NCBI GenBank assembly: GCA_036630325.1
Contig: CP142726.1
Coordinates: forward strand, 1,364,001-1,428,000
Direction of reading: 5' to 3'
Length of the DNA: 64,000 nt
DNA from: Vairimorpha necatrix
Lineage: Eukaryota
In this document: positions 1 through 9,873 of the stretch, one piece after another
How positions within the stretch are numbered: the first letter of the stretch is position 1
Layout of the letters: each line of letters begins with the position of its first letter
Program-made: the position numbers and the translations under genes
Notes under the pieces: model-generated
What the model was told of the DNA's origin: nothing
The model's input: only the letters and a program-made list of their open reading frames with translations
The model's database searches: none

Positions 1-560
1 AAAATGCAATATTAGATCATATCAAAAGTCTTGGAAGTATTGCTAATATAGTACGCATCATTCTGATAGATCCGTGTTTTTTTCTATTATGATAATTAAC
101 TACGCAAAGGTTTCCCCCAGCGGGGTGGTGGTCATATCTCGCAAAAAAGCACTAGCTAAAATATCGATTAATCTCGGTTATACATATAATTTATTATTCC
201 AGAATGCTTTTTATCAAGCCAAAATTAATCCTACCACGTCTAAATTGAGACTCCAAAAAAAATTCAGAAGAAATAAACAAGATTATGAAACACGACTCAT
301 TTTTAGTTTAGTATACTGTAATCAACAATATAGATTGCGCACTACTACACGTCTAAATCCTCTACAAAAAATTTCTGCTTAAATCTTTAATCGTAAAACT
401 TTATACGCAACAATTACCATTATTGCCAATCCATGAAATTCAATACAATTTCGTTTTTTATGTTCTATATATGCTCGATAACCCCGCTTTACGGTCCACA
501 TTAAACTATAATAAGCCTGCAATACCTTTTGAAAAATATAGATTAATATAAAATTTTAAG
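1..560 (-). pseudogene. Highly degraded Gypsy-type integrase remnant
   Basis: Minus-strand fragments in integrase-like order (FTIKDLSRNFL..TCSSAQ zinc-finger-like; LDVVG; CITEINRYFS resembling YIITAIDYFS), broken by stops and frameshifts. Confidence 0.3.
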
Positions 561-877
561 GTGTGTACTACAATAAGAAATGTATTCATGTGGATCACGT
601 ATATTAATCCAAATTGTTTATAATAATTATTTTACCTTTTTTTTAAATAGTTTATGTAATTGATATAAATTTTTATCACTAGGGTTAGTTTATTTGGCTC
701 ACAGTAAAATTTATATAAAAAATTATGTGCAAAATATTATGTATATTTTCATGTTTTTTATAACAGACATAACTATTGTAGTCTAAGAATGAATTTAGAG
801 AGTAATCAGAGTAAAATTTTTAAGTTGCTTTATATCCATAATGGAGCGAAGGATAGTTATAATGTGGTTTATATCGT

Positions 878-1270
878 TATAGTGCCATGTTTGAATCGTT
901 ATAGTACAATGTTTGAATTTCTATATTCCCATATAATTTAAATTTTTTAAATAGATAAAAAGTAAATTGAATTAAAGTCTTCTCTCGCTCTTGTCTTTTC
1001 TAATCAGCCTATCATATTACTGTAAACCCCGGGACACTTGCTGTTATAATTTAATTCAAAACATTATCAAGACTTGCTTCAATTGGACTTTCTGCAAAAT
1101 GAAATGATGAAAATCTTGCCTTGAGAATCGAAAAGACTTCTATGATGGGATTTAATTGTGGAAAATAAGAAGACAGAAATATTTTAGGCTGTTTAGAAAA
1201 GGCAAGAGCGGGAGAAGATTTATTTCAATATACTTTTTTTTTATTTTAAAAATTCAAACATGGCACTATA
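878..1270. mobile_element. MITE-like element with long imperfect TIRs and TA(TA) ends (Tc1/mariner-like)
   Basis: Left tatagtgccatgtttgaat..aagtcttctctcgctcttgtcttttctaatcagcct is the reverse complement of right aggctgtttagaaaaggcaagagcgggagaagattt..attcaaacatggcactata; non-coding interior. Confidence 0.7.
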
Positions 1271-1277
1271 CGTTTAA

Positions 1278-1429
1278 CCCCCGTATATGTTGACAGTTTT
1301 TTATTGCAAAAAAGTATGGGAACGGATATATTGTTATAATATATTTTTCCTTGTGTTAAGATAATTGTAAGTTAAGGGTAAATTTATTAAATACTGTTGT
1401 ACGTAAAACTGTCATTAGAAAACATGGGG
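1278..1429. mobile_element. Possible small piggyBac-like MITE
   Basis: TTAA|CCCCC..TGACAGTTTT on the left and AAAACTGTCA..GGGG|TTAT on the right; imperfect TIR and one-mismatch TTAA site. Confidence 0.3.
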
Positions 1430-1672
1430 TTATTTATTTACGGAATTTATAGTCCAAATGTCACATGTCAAATATCTTGTGTCGAATGTCATTTGATAAA
1501 TAATTGGATGACATTTGACATGTTATACTTTCAACAAATGCATATTCTAAACAATTCTAAAAAAAATCGATAAAATTATAATTGTTATTTGTAATATTTA
1601 AACAAATAAGATGATATTCTTTTTATTATCTCGTACTTAGAAAGGGATAAAAATGTTTATTTTTTATTGCCC

Positions 1673-2452
1673 ATGTCGACTAATAATCCCAATTCTCTAC
1701 CTAAAATTGAGACTTCTAAAAACACACTTTCTTCAACTAAAAAAATCATTTCTTTATCAAAAATTGAATTTTATAATAATGACACATACTCATTAACAAT
1801 ATCTAAACTAGTCAAACTCCATAAACTTATAAGATCTTCATCAGATAAAGATCTCACCGAAGGTATCTTCAACAAAATTCTCGATATTTTTATTACCAAA
1901 AACAAGTATATAAAAAACTTTTGTATAAAGATTTTTAAAGATATTTATTATAAAATCCAAAATATCGATAACTTAAAAATAATCAGAATGTTTTATCAAA
2001 ATGATCCTGAAATTACAAAATTAGTTTTAAAATTTATAAAAATTTTTTATAAATTTTTTATAGGCGACGAAATAATTTATTTTTATGTGAAAACTAGTAA
2101 AAACAAATATAAAAGAAAAGTACTTGAAAAATTAGAAAATAAAGAAGTTAAGGAAAAGAAGAAATATGGGGAATTGGAGAAAGCATTGAGATATTTGTAT
2201 AAAGGGAAAAATGAGAAATGTATGGAAATGTTTAAAAAAATTCAGAATGAAAATATTGATAATAAATCAAAAATGATATTTTGTTTGTTTACAAACAAAA
2301 TGACGCATAAAGAAAATCAGAAATTTATTTTTGAAGTTAAAGATACACGAATTTCAGAATCTTTGTATTGTAAAATTTATGGATTATTTGACAGTCTCTT
2401 GTATAAGAAGATTAAGAAGTGTTATAATCACAGTAAGAAATTTAGAAAATAA
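1673..2452 (+). CDS. INTS7: Putative Integrator subunit 7-like protein (N-terminal helical region only), 259 aa
   Basis: CCC immediately before ATG 1673; LTEGIFNKILDIFITKNKYIKNFCIKIF..KIQNID..KIIRMFYQNDPEITKLVLKF matches the remembered INTS7 N-terminal pattern (F.K..D.F...N, KI.N.D, NDP). Confidence 0.6.
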   Translation: MSTNNPNSLPKIETSKNTLSSTKKIISLSKIEFYNNDTYSLTISKLVKLHKLIRSSSDKDLTEGIFNKILDIFITKNKYIKNFCIKIFKDIYYKIQNIDNLKIIRMFYQNDPEITKLVLKFIKIFYKFFIGDEIIYFYVKTSKNKYKRKVLEKLENKEVKEKKKYGELEKALRYLYKGKNEKCMEMFKKIQNENIDNKSKMIFCLFTNKMTHKENQKFIFEVKDTRISESLYCKIYGLFDSLLYKKIKKCYNHSKKFRK

Positions 2453-2770
2453 ATTTAGTGTTTTGATTTAATATTTGTGAAATTGTTGTTTATTAGGTAG
2501 TAAATTGATTTTTCGCCGTTTTTATTAGATAGTGAATAATCTCAAGATATAAATTTTTGATCGAGCAAACTGTCATCCATCAATTCCATAAATAAGAAAT
2601 AAAGCGCGAGATTTGATGTCAAAGTTTTCTTTATTTTATTTTGACATTTCAAATATAAAATTTTTAGAAAATAAATTTCGATAAAATGCTTTAATTCGTC
2701 AATAAAAACTTCTTTCCTTTTTTTCAATTTAATATATTTTTTATTTATATTTCCTCCTGTTTTTTACCCC

Positions 2771-2908
2771 ATGAACAAACGCGAATTAAGAAAGTGCTTT
2801 TTTATTTCTTTATTGGTTACTTGCATCACTACACTTGATTTTTATTTACAAATAAATCTAGCGAAGAAAAGATACTCGGCGGAAGTAAATGAGAAGAACA
2901 CATCATGA
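2771..2908 (+). CDS. Small 45-aa putative single-pass membrane protein (below ORF-track cutoff)
   Basis: tttttaCCCC-ATG context; MNKRELRKCFFISLLVTCITTLDFYLQINLAKKRYSAEVNEKNTS*. Confidence 0.55.
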   Translation: MNKRELRKCFFISLLVTCITTLDFYLQINLAKKRYSAEVNEKNTS

Positions 2909-3152
2909 TAATTAAGAAATTTGTCTCATAAACTTGTACACACACACATCTGCTTTGAGTTTAAACATGAAATATACAATTATGCTTTCTTTCATCTTTT
3001 TTATACAAAAATGGCATCTGCTAATTATGAAATTTGCTTTAATAATAAATGTTAAATTATTAATATTTGCTTTCTTCAAATAAATATGCTTTGTGCAAAT
3101 GCTAATTTTAAAAATCTTTGTTTTTTTTAAATTTTTCATTTTTTTGTCCTGC

Positions 3153-3830
3153 ATGAATGAAGTCAAATTCGACGAGAAAGATTTCAAAAATGAAATTTCA
3201 GAAACCAACAAATTACTAGTGTATTTCCCAAAATACAGGGAAAAATACATAGACCAAGTTTCCAAATACATAATCAAAGCACTAGAAAACAAGAAATTAT
3301 CATGTGAAATAAATCTCAAAGAAAGAAGTCTAGAAATTTGCACTACTAAAAAGACAAGAGACCCTTTTATTTTTATAAAAGGCTGTGAATTTATAAGATT
3401 AATTTCTAAGAATTGTGACGTAGAAACAGCCAGTAAAGTTTTAGAAGATGATTTTGTAGGAGAAATTATTAATATAAGGAAATTAGTAAAAAGCGAGAGT
3501 GTTTTTGAAAGAAGAAGAGATCGACTTATTGGTAAAAATAGTCTGGTTTTAAAAGCTCTTAAGATGATTAGTAAATGTTATATTTTTATTACAGGGAAAT
3601 ATGTGTCAGTAGTTGGATCTTATGATGGACTTACTATTGTTAAACAAATAGTGACAGATTGTTTAGTGAATAATAAACACCCTGTTTATGAAATAAAGAA
3701 GATGATAATTAAAAATAATTTGGAAGAAGATAAGAATTTAGAGAATGAAGACTGGTCAAGACACATACCCGAATATAAAAAAAGGAGTCAAAAAAAGAAG
3801 ACCAAGCAAAATGACACAGAAAAAAACTAG
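3153..3830 (+). CDS. KRR1: KRR1 small-subunit processome KH-domain protein
   Basis: FPKYREKYI, TTKKTRDPFIFIKG, FERRRDRLIG, KHPVYEIK, ENEDWSRHIP; start moved to ATG 3153. Confidence 0.95.
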   Translation: MNEVKFDEKDFKNEISETNKLLVYFPKYREKYIDQVSKYIIKALENKKLSCEINLKERSLEICTTKKTRDPFIFIKGCEFIRLISKNCDVETASKVLEDDFVGEIINIRKLVKSESVFERRRDRLIGKNSLVLKALKMISKCYIFITGKYVSVVGSYDGLTIVKQIVTDCLVNNKHPVYEIKKMIIKNNLEEDKNLENEDWSRHIPEYKKRSQKKKTKQNDTEKN

Positions 3831-4833
3831 ACCAAATAAATAAACAACTTAATTTTTAAAATATTCTTGAGTTTAGATTATTACAGTGGGATTTTAAACT
3901 TTTATAGTGCCATAACATCAAAATTAAAAAATCTTTTTTTGTCACTTACTATCTTGTTTTTGTCGTGTCTACAATTTCAATTAGGCTTAATTTAATTTGA
4001 CAATCTGCAGAATAAAAATCATGACTTAAACTTTAGAATTATTTGACACGATTTTATTGTGTCAAATATGGAGGCAGAAATTTATAATTTAGGCCTAGTT
4101 ATATAAATTTCTGTAAAATTTCTAGCGAAAGATGAAAACAAGCATTATAAGTTATAAGAACTATACCAGAATTATTCGTAAATAGAACAAGACAATTTCT
4201 CCCATAACTTCTCAGAGTTGTATCTCTTCGCTTTTAAACACGACTAATAAAGCACTTATTATAATTGCACACATACAGCTAATATTTTGGCCCCGATTTA
4301 CTTGCACATTCTTACAGGCTTCAGTTTAATTTTCTAACTTTGTGTCGTATGAGCGTTGAATCCAGTTTAAATACCTACTAATTTCAAGGGTATAGATAGA
4401 TTTATATTTATTTTGTCTACGTAATAAAGAGAAAACTCCTTATTATTTCGAAATTGAAGATATGGTCAAATTTACATTTGTATGTTGGAAATTTCTTAAA
4501 GAGTCAAAATGTTTGAATACAATTTTGTTTTTTACAACACGATCCGTTTTCGTAAGCATTTTGCTTTTACTTAACTGCTAAGTAGGCTCTTTATTTTGAT
4601 TTTGTTGTTTTCGTGTAATAAATGCAACGGTTTTACAATGTAAATCATTTGTATCTAATGTATGTTATTTAGATACTACAACTCTATAACGATGTTTCTT
4701 AATTCAGTAGTTATGGGGTTCTTACCATAAAGGGCTTTAAAATTTAATATGCATTATTTTGATTTTTTCCTCACGAAATTTATGCTCAAATTTTTTTTAT
4801 GCTTTCTTAAATTTATAAAATTTAATATATTGA

Positions 4834-5778
4834 TTATATTTTATTAGATTCTTCATGATCTTGTAATTTATGATAATAAGAAATTGATTGATAAATTTCT
4901 ATAAAGAATATGTGAATATATAAGAAATACATCATCTTAGAATATTCATCATAAAATCTTAACTTAATATTTCTATAAAAAACATAAAGAATATTAAAAA
5001 TGTACGGGTACAGAAGAAACCTCGTCTCTAAAAATATTCTATTTTTATAATTCCTAATCTGAGCCACAGTCTCAAAATAAGAAATATCATTTAAAAGTGA
5101 ATAAATTACAATAAAATCTTCATTAATTGGACTAATATAAAAAACAGAAAAAATCTTCAAAAATGAACTAATGCACACATTTCCAGTGGCCTTAATTTTA
5201 GTCAAAAATCTCAAACAGAAACTTTCTCTAGACTTAAAAATTAATAAAACAATATTCACAGAAATCTTTTTAGACAAATCGAAAATCATAACAAAATTCA
5301 TAAAAATGAAAATTAATCTTTTGAAGCCTCTGTAATTTATGTGTAAAACTAAATTTAAAGAAGTAATAGTACAAAATAAACAGATTATATAATAAACAGT
5401 GTAACACCCTAGTGTCTTCTTCCTTGACTTGATATTCTCAATAATTCGGGAGTCTAAAGGCAAATTCAAATTGAAGAAATAAATGGGAATTAATAAGAAA
5501 ATGAAGAATAAGTTAAAATACGAATTATAAAGAGTCAAAAAACAGACAAAAATGAGAAACTTCTTTCTGGACATAAAGAACATATAAATCATGAAAATTA
5601 TAGAACTAGTACTTATAAATAAAATATAAATGATATCATTTATGATGTCATAAAAATTAATAGTCTTTAAGAGGCTTATACTAAGCCTCTTTTTATTATC
5701 TTTATAAAGATAATAACCAATAAAACTTTCTAAGACTAGAGAAGAAAGATCAAAAATCTGTAATAAACTTATTTTCAT
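4834..5778 (-). CDS. Multi-pass membrane protein, weakly choline-transporter-like (CTL/SLC44/Pns1)
   Basis: 314-aa ORF with many hydrophobic segments; upstream CCC motif; ATGNVCISSFL and INEDFIVIYSLLNDISYFE weakly recall CTL motifs. Family call is tentative. Confidence 0.6.
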   Translation of the reverse strand: MKISLLQIFDLSSLVLESFIGYYLYKDNKKRLSISLLKTINFYDIINDIIYILFISTSSIIFMIYMFFMSRKKFLIFVCFLTLYNSYFNLFFIFLLIPIYFFNLNLPLDSRIIENIKSRKKTLGCYTVYYIICLFCTITSLNLVLHINYRGFKRLIFIFMNFVMIFDLSKKISVNIVLLIFKSRESFCLRFLTKIKATGNVCISSFLKIFSVFYISPINEDFIVIYSLLNDISYFETVAQIRNYKNRIFLETRFLLYPYIFNILYVFYRNIKLRFYDEYSKMMYFLYIHIFFIEIYQSISYYHKLQDHEESNKI

Positions 5779-5835
5779 AAATAATCAAATCAAGGGTAAA
5801 CAAAAAAACACATCAACATAATAAATTTTATGAGT

Positions 5836-5963
5836 AAACTAGATATGTAAACAAGATATTACATATGTAATGTTAGATAAACTAGATATTAGATATGTAA
5901 TGTTAAACTAGATATTACATATGTAATGTTAGATAAACTAGATATTAGATATGTAATGTTAGA
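5836..5963. repeat. Minisatellite: 30/26-bp alternating units (56-bp dimer x2) in divergent promoter
   Basis: AAACTAGATATTA(C/G)ATATGTAATGTT(AGAT) at 5849 (one mismatch), 5879, 5905, 5935. Confidence 0.9.
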
Positions 5964-6089
5964 ACATTAATTTATTAATTTTGATTTTTTATTACAAAGG
6001 TAAATTAATTTCATAAGAATTTGTTTGTTTAAAAGCATAAATATAAAATTTTCAGCATAAATAAATTTCGAAAATTATTTTTACCCTAA

Positions 6090-9000
6090 ATGGTCAAAAC
6101 AGTTGAAGAAACATATCAAAAGAAAACTCCACTAGAACACATTTTACTAAGACCAGACACTTATATTGGTTCAGTAGAAAAAGAAATCCAAAGCATGTAC
6201 GTGTTTGATGAATCAACAAAAAAAATCATCAGTAAAAATATTAGTTTTGTCCCAGGATTATACAAAATATTTGATGAAATTTTAGTAAATGCTGCTGATA
6301 ATAAAATTAGAGATCCAACAATGAAAACTATAAAAGTAGACATAAATCCCATAGAAAACACAATATCTGTTTTTAATGATGGGAAAGGTGTGCCAATTAG
6401 AATTCATTCTAAAGAGAAAGTTTATGTTCCTGAACTTATTTTTGGTCAACTTTTGACATCTTCAAATTATGACGATAAAGAAAAAAAAGTAACAGGAGGA
6501 AGAAATGGATATGGGGCGAAATTATGCAATATATTTTCTACTGAATTTATAGTAGAGACAGCTGATCAAGAAGTAGGAAAGATTTATAAGCAAGTTTATA
6601 AAAATAATATGTCAGTTACAGGGAAACCAGAAATTAAAGCGTATAATAAAAAGGCAGATTTTACAAGAATAACTTTTAAACCAGATTTGAATAGATTTAA
6701 AATGGACAATTTAGACGAAGACATTGTTTCTCTTCTTAAAAAAAGAGTCTACGATTTGTCAGGCATAGTCAAAAAAGTCAAAGTTTATTTAAATGACGAA
6801 AAATTAGAAATTAAAGATTTTGAAGATTATGTGAAATTGTATCTTGATGAAGATAGCAAGATAGTACATAGTAAAATTAATGATAGATGGGAATTGGCTT
6901 TCACTACAAGTGATGAACAATTTCAACAAGTCTCATTTGTAAATTCAATCTCGACGAGCAAAGGCGGGTCTCATGTAAACCACGTGGTCGAGCAAATTAC
7001 TGAGCCAATTATTGAATTATTAAAAAAGAAGAATATCAAGAATGTGAAACCTTTCCAAGTGAAATCTTCTATGTTTTTATTTGTAAATTCTTTAATAGAA
7101 AATCCTGCTTTTGATTCGCAGACTAAAGAAAATTTGACACTGAGAGTTGGCGCATTTGGCAAGAAATGTGAGCCCCTTAAGGATTTTATAGAGAAAATTA
7201 TTAAGAACACAGAAATAGTAACAAAAATAGAAAGATTTGTTAGAGCGAAAGAAGAAGCAGAATTAAAAAAGAAAGATGGTAAAAAGAAAAAGAGAGTCGC
7301 ACTTGAAAAACTTGATGATGCAAAATGGGCTGGTACTGCCAAGTCTGACGAGTGCACTTTGTATTTGACAGAAGGAGAATCTGCCAAGACGATGGTCATG
7401 AGTGGCCGATCTTTAGTGGGCACTGAGAAATTGGGCGTTTTTCCTCTCAGAGGAAAGCCTTTAAATGTCCGAGAAGCGGCGAATGCTCAAATTATCAAAA
7501 ATGAAGAAATTAATGCCATAAAACAGATCCTTGGCTTACAGCACAAGAAAGAGTACACAGACACTAAGAGTCTCAGATATGGTCATGTTATGATCATGGC
7601 AGATCAAGACCATGATGGGAGTCACATAAAAGGCTTATTGATAAATTTCTTCGACCACTCGTACCCTTCGCTTCTTAAGATTCCGGGATTTCTCCAAGAA
7701 TTTATCACGCCGATCATCAAAGGGCGAAATAAAAGAGGAGACGTGGTTGATTTTTTCACTTTGAAAGAATATAATGAATTTAAAGATCTTCATTCAGATT
7801 ACACTTACAAATATTACAAAGGTCTGGGTACTTCCACCCCAAAAGACGCCTTGGGTTATTTTTCAGATTTACCAAAACACATTAAAAATTTCGCGCCTGC
7901 TACAGACGAAGACAGGGAATTGATAGATTTGGCATTTAGTAAAAAGAAAGCGGACAATAGAAAGACTTGGTTACTCGGTCTAGAGCGGGATACATTTTTA
8001 GATCAAAGACCGAGTGTCATTTCTATATCTGATTTTATAAATAAGGAATTGATCTTATTTTCTATGGCTGATAATATTCGGTCTATTCCCAGTGTAATAG
8101 ACGGATTTAAACCAGGACAGAGGAAAATTTTATTTACTTGTTTCAAGAGAAATGTGGTAAGTGAAGTCAAAGTTGTGGCTCTTACTGGTAATGTCATGTC
8201 TGATTCTGCTTATAATCACGGAGAAGCTTCTATAAATTCGACTATTATCGGATTAGCTCAAGATTTCGTAGGCTCAAATAATATAAATTTCTTAATTCCA
8301 GAAGGGCAATTTGGCTCGAGACTCAAAGGCGGGAAAGATCACGCGGCTTGTCGTTACATTTTCACATATTTGAATCCTCTGACCAGGCTGATTTTTCATA
8401 AATCTGATGACTTGATTTTGAAATATCTCGACGAAGAAAACAAGATCATCGAGCCCGAGTGGTATGTGCCAATAATCCCGACTGTCCTTGTAAATGGAGC
8501 AGACGGGATAGGCACTGGCTGGTCTACAAATATCCCAAATTTCAATCCTCTAGACATTCTCAATAATATCAGGAAACTTTTAAAAGATGAACCAATGGTA
8601 GAAATGATTCCTTATTATAAAAATTTCATAGGGTCAATTACGAAAATTTCCCCTGGAAAATATCAAGTAGATGGAAATTGGGATGACCAAAATGACGAAT
8701 TTTTAATTACAGAACTTCCTATTGGAACTTGGACAGAAAATTATAAAATATTCTTAGAATCTCTAAGAGATTCTGACGCAATTGACGAATATGACGACTG
8801 TAACACAGACAAGACTATAAATATAAAAGTAAGATTTAATAAAAAACCAAAGAACATGAGATTATCAACAATAATAAGTACAAATAATATGATTTGTTTT
8901 GATCAAAACTCAAAGATAAAAAAATATGACACACCAGAAGAAATTATAAAAGAATTTTATTACGTCAGACTAACATTTTATTTAAAAAGAAAAGAGAAAT

Positions 9001-9656
9001 TATTAGAAGTTTTGAAAGAAAACATGTTAAAAAATGAAAATAAAGTTAGATTTATTAGATTAGTAGTAAATGACGAATTAATAATTAATAAAAGAAAACG
9101 AGCAGAGATAAAAGAAAATTTAGAAAATTTGAATTTTTTACCATTTGATAATTTTAATTATCTTTTGTCTATGGAAATTTGTAGTTTAACAGAAGAAAGA
9201 ATTGACAAATTAAATAAAGAATATTTAGAGAGTAAAAATGAATATGAGACATTATTAAAGAAAACTCCTAAAGATTTATGGAATGAAGATTTGGATAAAT
9301 TTGAAGAAGCTTACAATTTGGCATTAGAAGAAGAAGAAGAAGAATATGAAAATTTAAGGAAAGGAACAAAGACGACAAAATTAAGAAAAAAGAAGAAAAG
9401 TAAAAATGTGAAGATTACTGAAAAGAAGACGACTACTACAAAAGTGACGAGTAGTAAAAAGACGATAAAAAGAAGTGTAGTGAATGAGAAGAGTGTAGCG
9501 ACTAAAAAAGCGAAAATAAGTAAAGAGCCCAAAACCAAAGAGAAGAAAATTGTAGAGAAGAATATTTTAGAAATAAGTTCGCCAGTAAGGAAATCGATAA
9601 TTTTAGAAGAGACTGATTCTACGGAAAAGCATTCTAATGTTTGGGACAAATATTAA
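6090..9656 (+). CDS. TOP2: DNA topoisomerase II
   Basis: EHILLRPDTYIGS, GGRNGYGAKL, PLRGK, DQDHDGSHIKG, YYKGLGTS, DGFKPGQRK, catalytic RY. Confidence 0.99.
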   Translation: MVKTVEETYQKKTPLEHILLRPDTYIGSVEKEIQSMYVFDESTKKIISKNISFVPGLYKIFDEILVNAADNKIRDPTMKTIKVDINPIENTISVFNDGKGVPIRIHSKEKVYVPELIFGQLLTSSNYDDKEKKVTGGRNGYGAKLCNIFSTEFIVETADQEVGKIYKQVYKNNMSVTGKPEIKAYNKKADFTRITFKPDLNRFKMDNLDEDIVSLLKKRVYDLSGIVKKVKVYLNDEKLEIKDFEDYVKLYLDEDSKIVHSKINDRWELAFTTSDEQFQQVSFVNSISTSKGGSHVNHVVEQITEPIIELLKKKNIKNVKPFQVKSSMFLFVNSLIENPAFDSQTKENLTLRVGAFGKKCEPLKDFIEKIIKNTEIVTKIERFVRAKEEAELKKKDGKKKKRVALEKLDDAKWAGTAKSDECTLYLTEGESAKTMVMSGRSLVGTEKLGVFPLRGKPLNVREAANAQIIKNEEINAIKQILGLQHKKEYTDTKSLRYGHVMIMADQDHDGSHIKGLLINFFDHSYPSLLKIPGFLQEFITPIIKGRNKRGDVVDFFTLKEYNEFKDLHSDYTYKYYKGLGTSTPKDALGYFSDLPKHIKNFAPATDEDRELIDLAFSKKKADNRKTWLLGLERDTFLDQRPSVISISDFINKELILFSMADNIRSIPSVIDGFKPGQRKILFTCFKRNVVSEVKVVALTGNVMSDSAYNHGEASINSTIIGLAQDFVGSNNINFLIPEGQFGSRLKGGKDHAACRYIFTYLNPLTRLIFHKSDDLILKYLDEENKIIEPEWYVPIIPTVLVNGADGIGTGWSTNIPNFNPLDILNNIRKLLKDEPMVEMIPYYKNFIGSITKISPGKYQVDGNWDDQNDEFLITELPIGTWTENYKIFLESLRDSDAIDEYDDCNTDKTINIKVRFNKKPKNMRLSTIISTNNMICFDQNSKIKKYDTPEEIIKEFYYVRLTFYLKRKEKLLEVLKENMLKNENKVRFIRLVVNDELIINKRKRAEIKENLENLNFLPFDNFNYLLSMEICSLTEERIDKLNKEYLESKNEYETLLKKTPKDLWNEDLDKFEEAYNLALEEEEEEYENLRKGTKTTKLRKKKKSKNVKITEKKTTTTKVTSSKKTIKRSVVNEKSVATKKAKISKEPKTKEKKIVEKNILEISSPVRKSIILEETDSTEKHSNVWDKY

Positions 9657-9873
9657 AAGATTATTATTTTAAAAAATTTAGATTTTTAAATTTTATTTTA
9701 ACTAGATTTTATTTATATTTATTATTGATTTTGTTTAAAATAAATGAATTTCATTTGAATTTGTTGATTCAAAAATTTATAAACTAAAATTCTCATGTAA
9801 ATTTAAAGAAGTTGTTGATTTTAAATTTGCTCATGTAAATTTGAAGAAGTTTAATTTTTTTGGACCCCATTTT

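Noticed and set aside
74..382. 102-aa plus-strand ORF
   Set aside because: GTG start, no CCC context, probably the antisense of a decayed integrase
2542..3343. Minus-strand ORFs 2542-2727 and 2912-3343
   Set aside because: The first has no upstream in-frame ATG; the second overlaps KRR1 antisense; neither shows a motif
4080..4760. Possible integrase zinc-finger relic on the minus strand
   Set aside because: Only one weak fragment (EACKNVQVN); insufficient
6161..9649. Minus-strand ORFs inside TOP2 (also those inside SLC41, HSF, MCM7, SEC10-like and the family genes)
   Set aside because: Antisense shadows of real genes with no motifs
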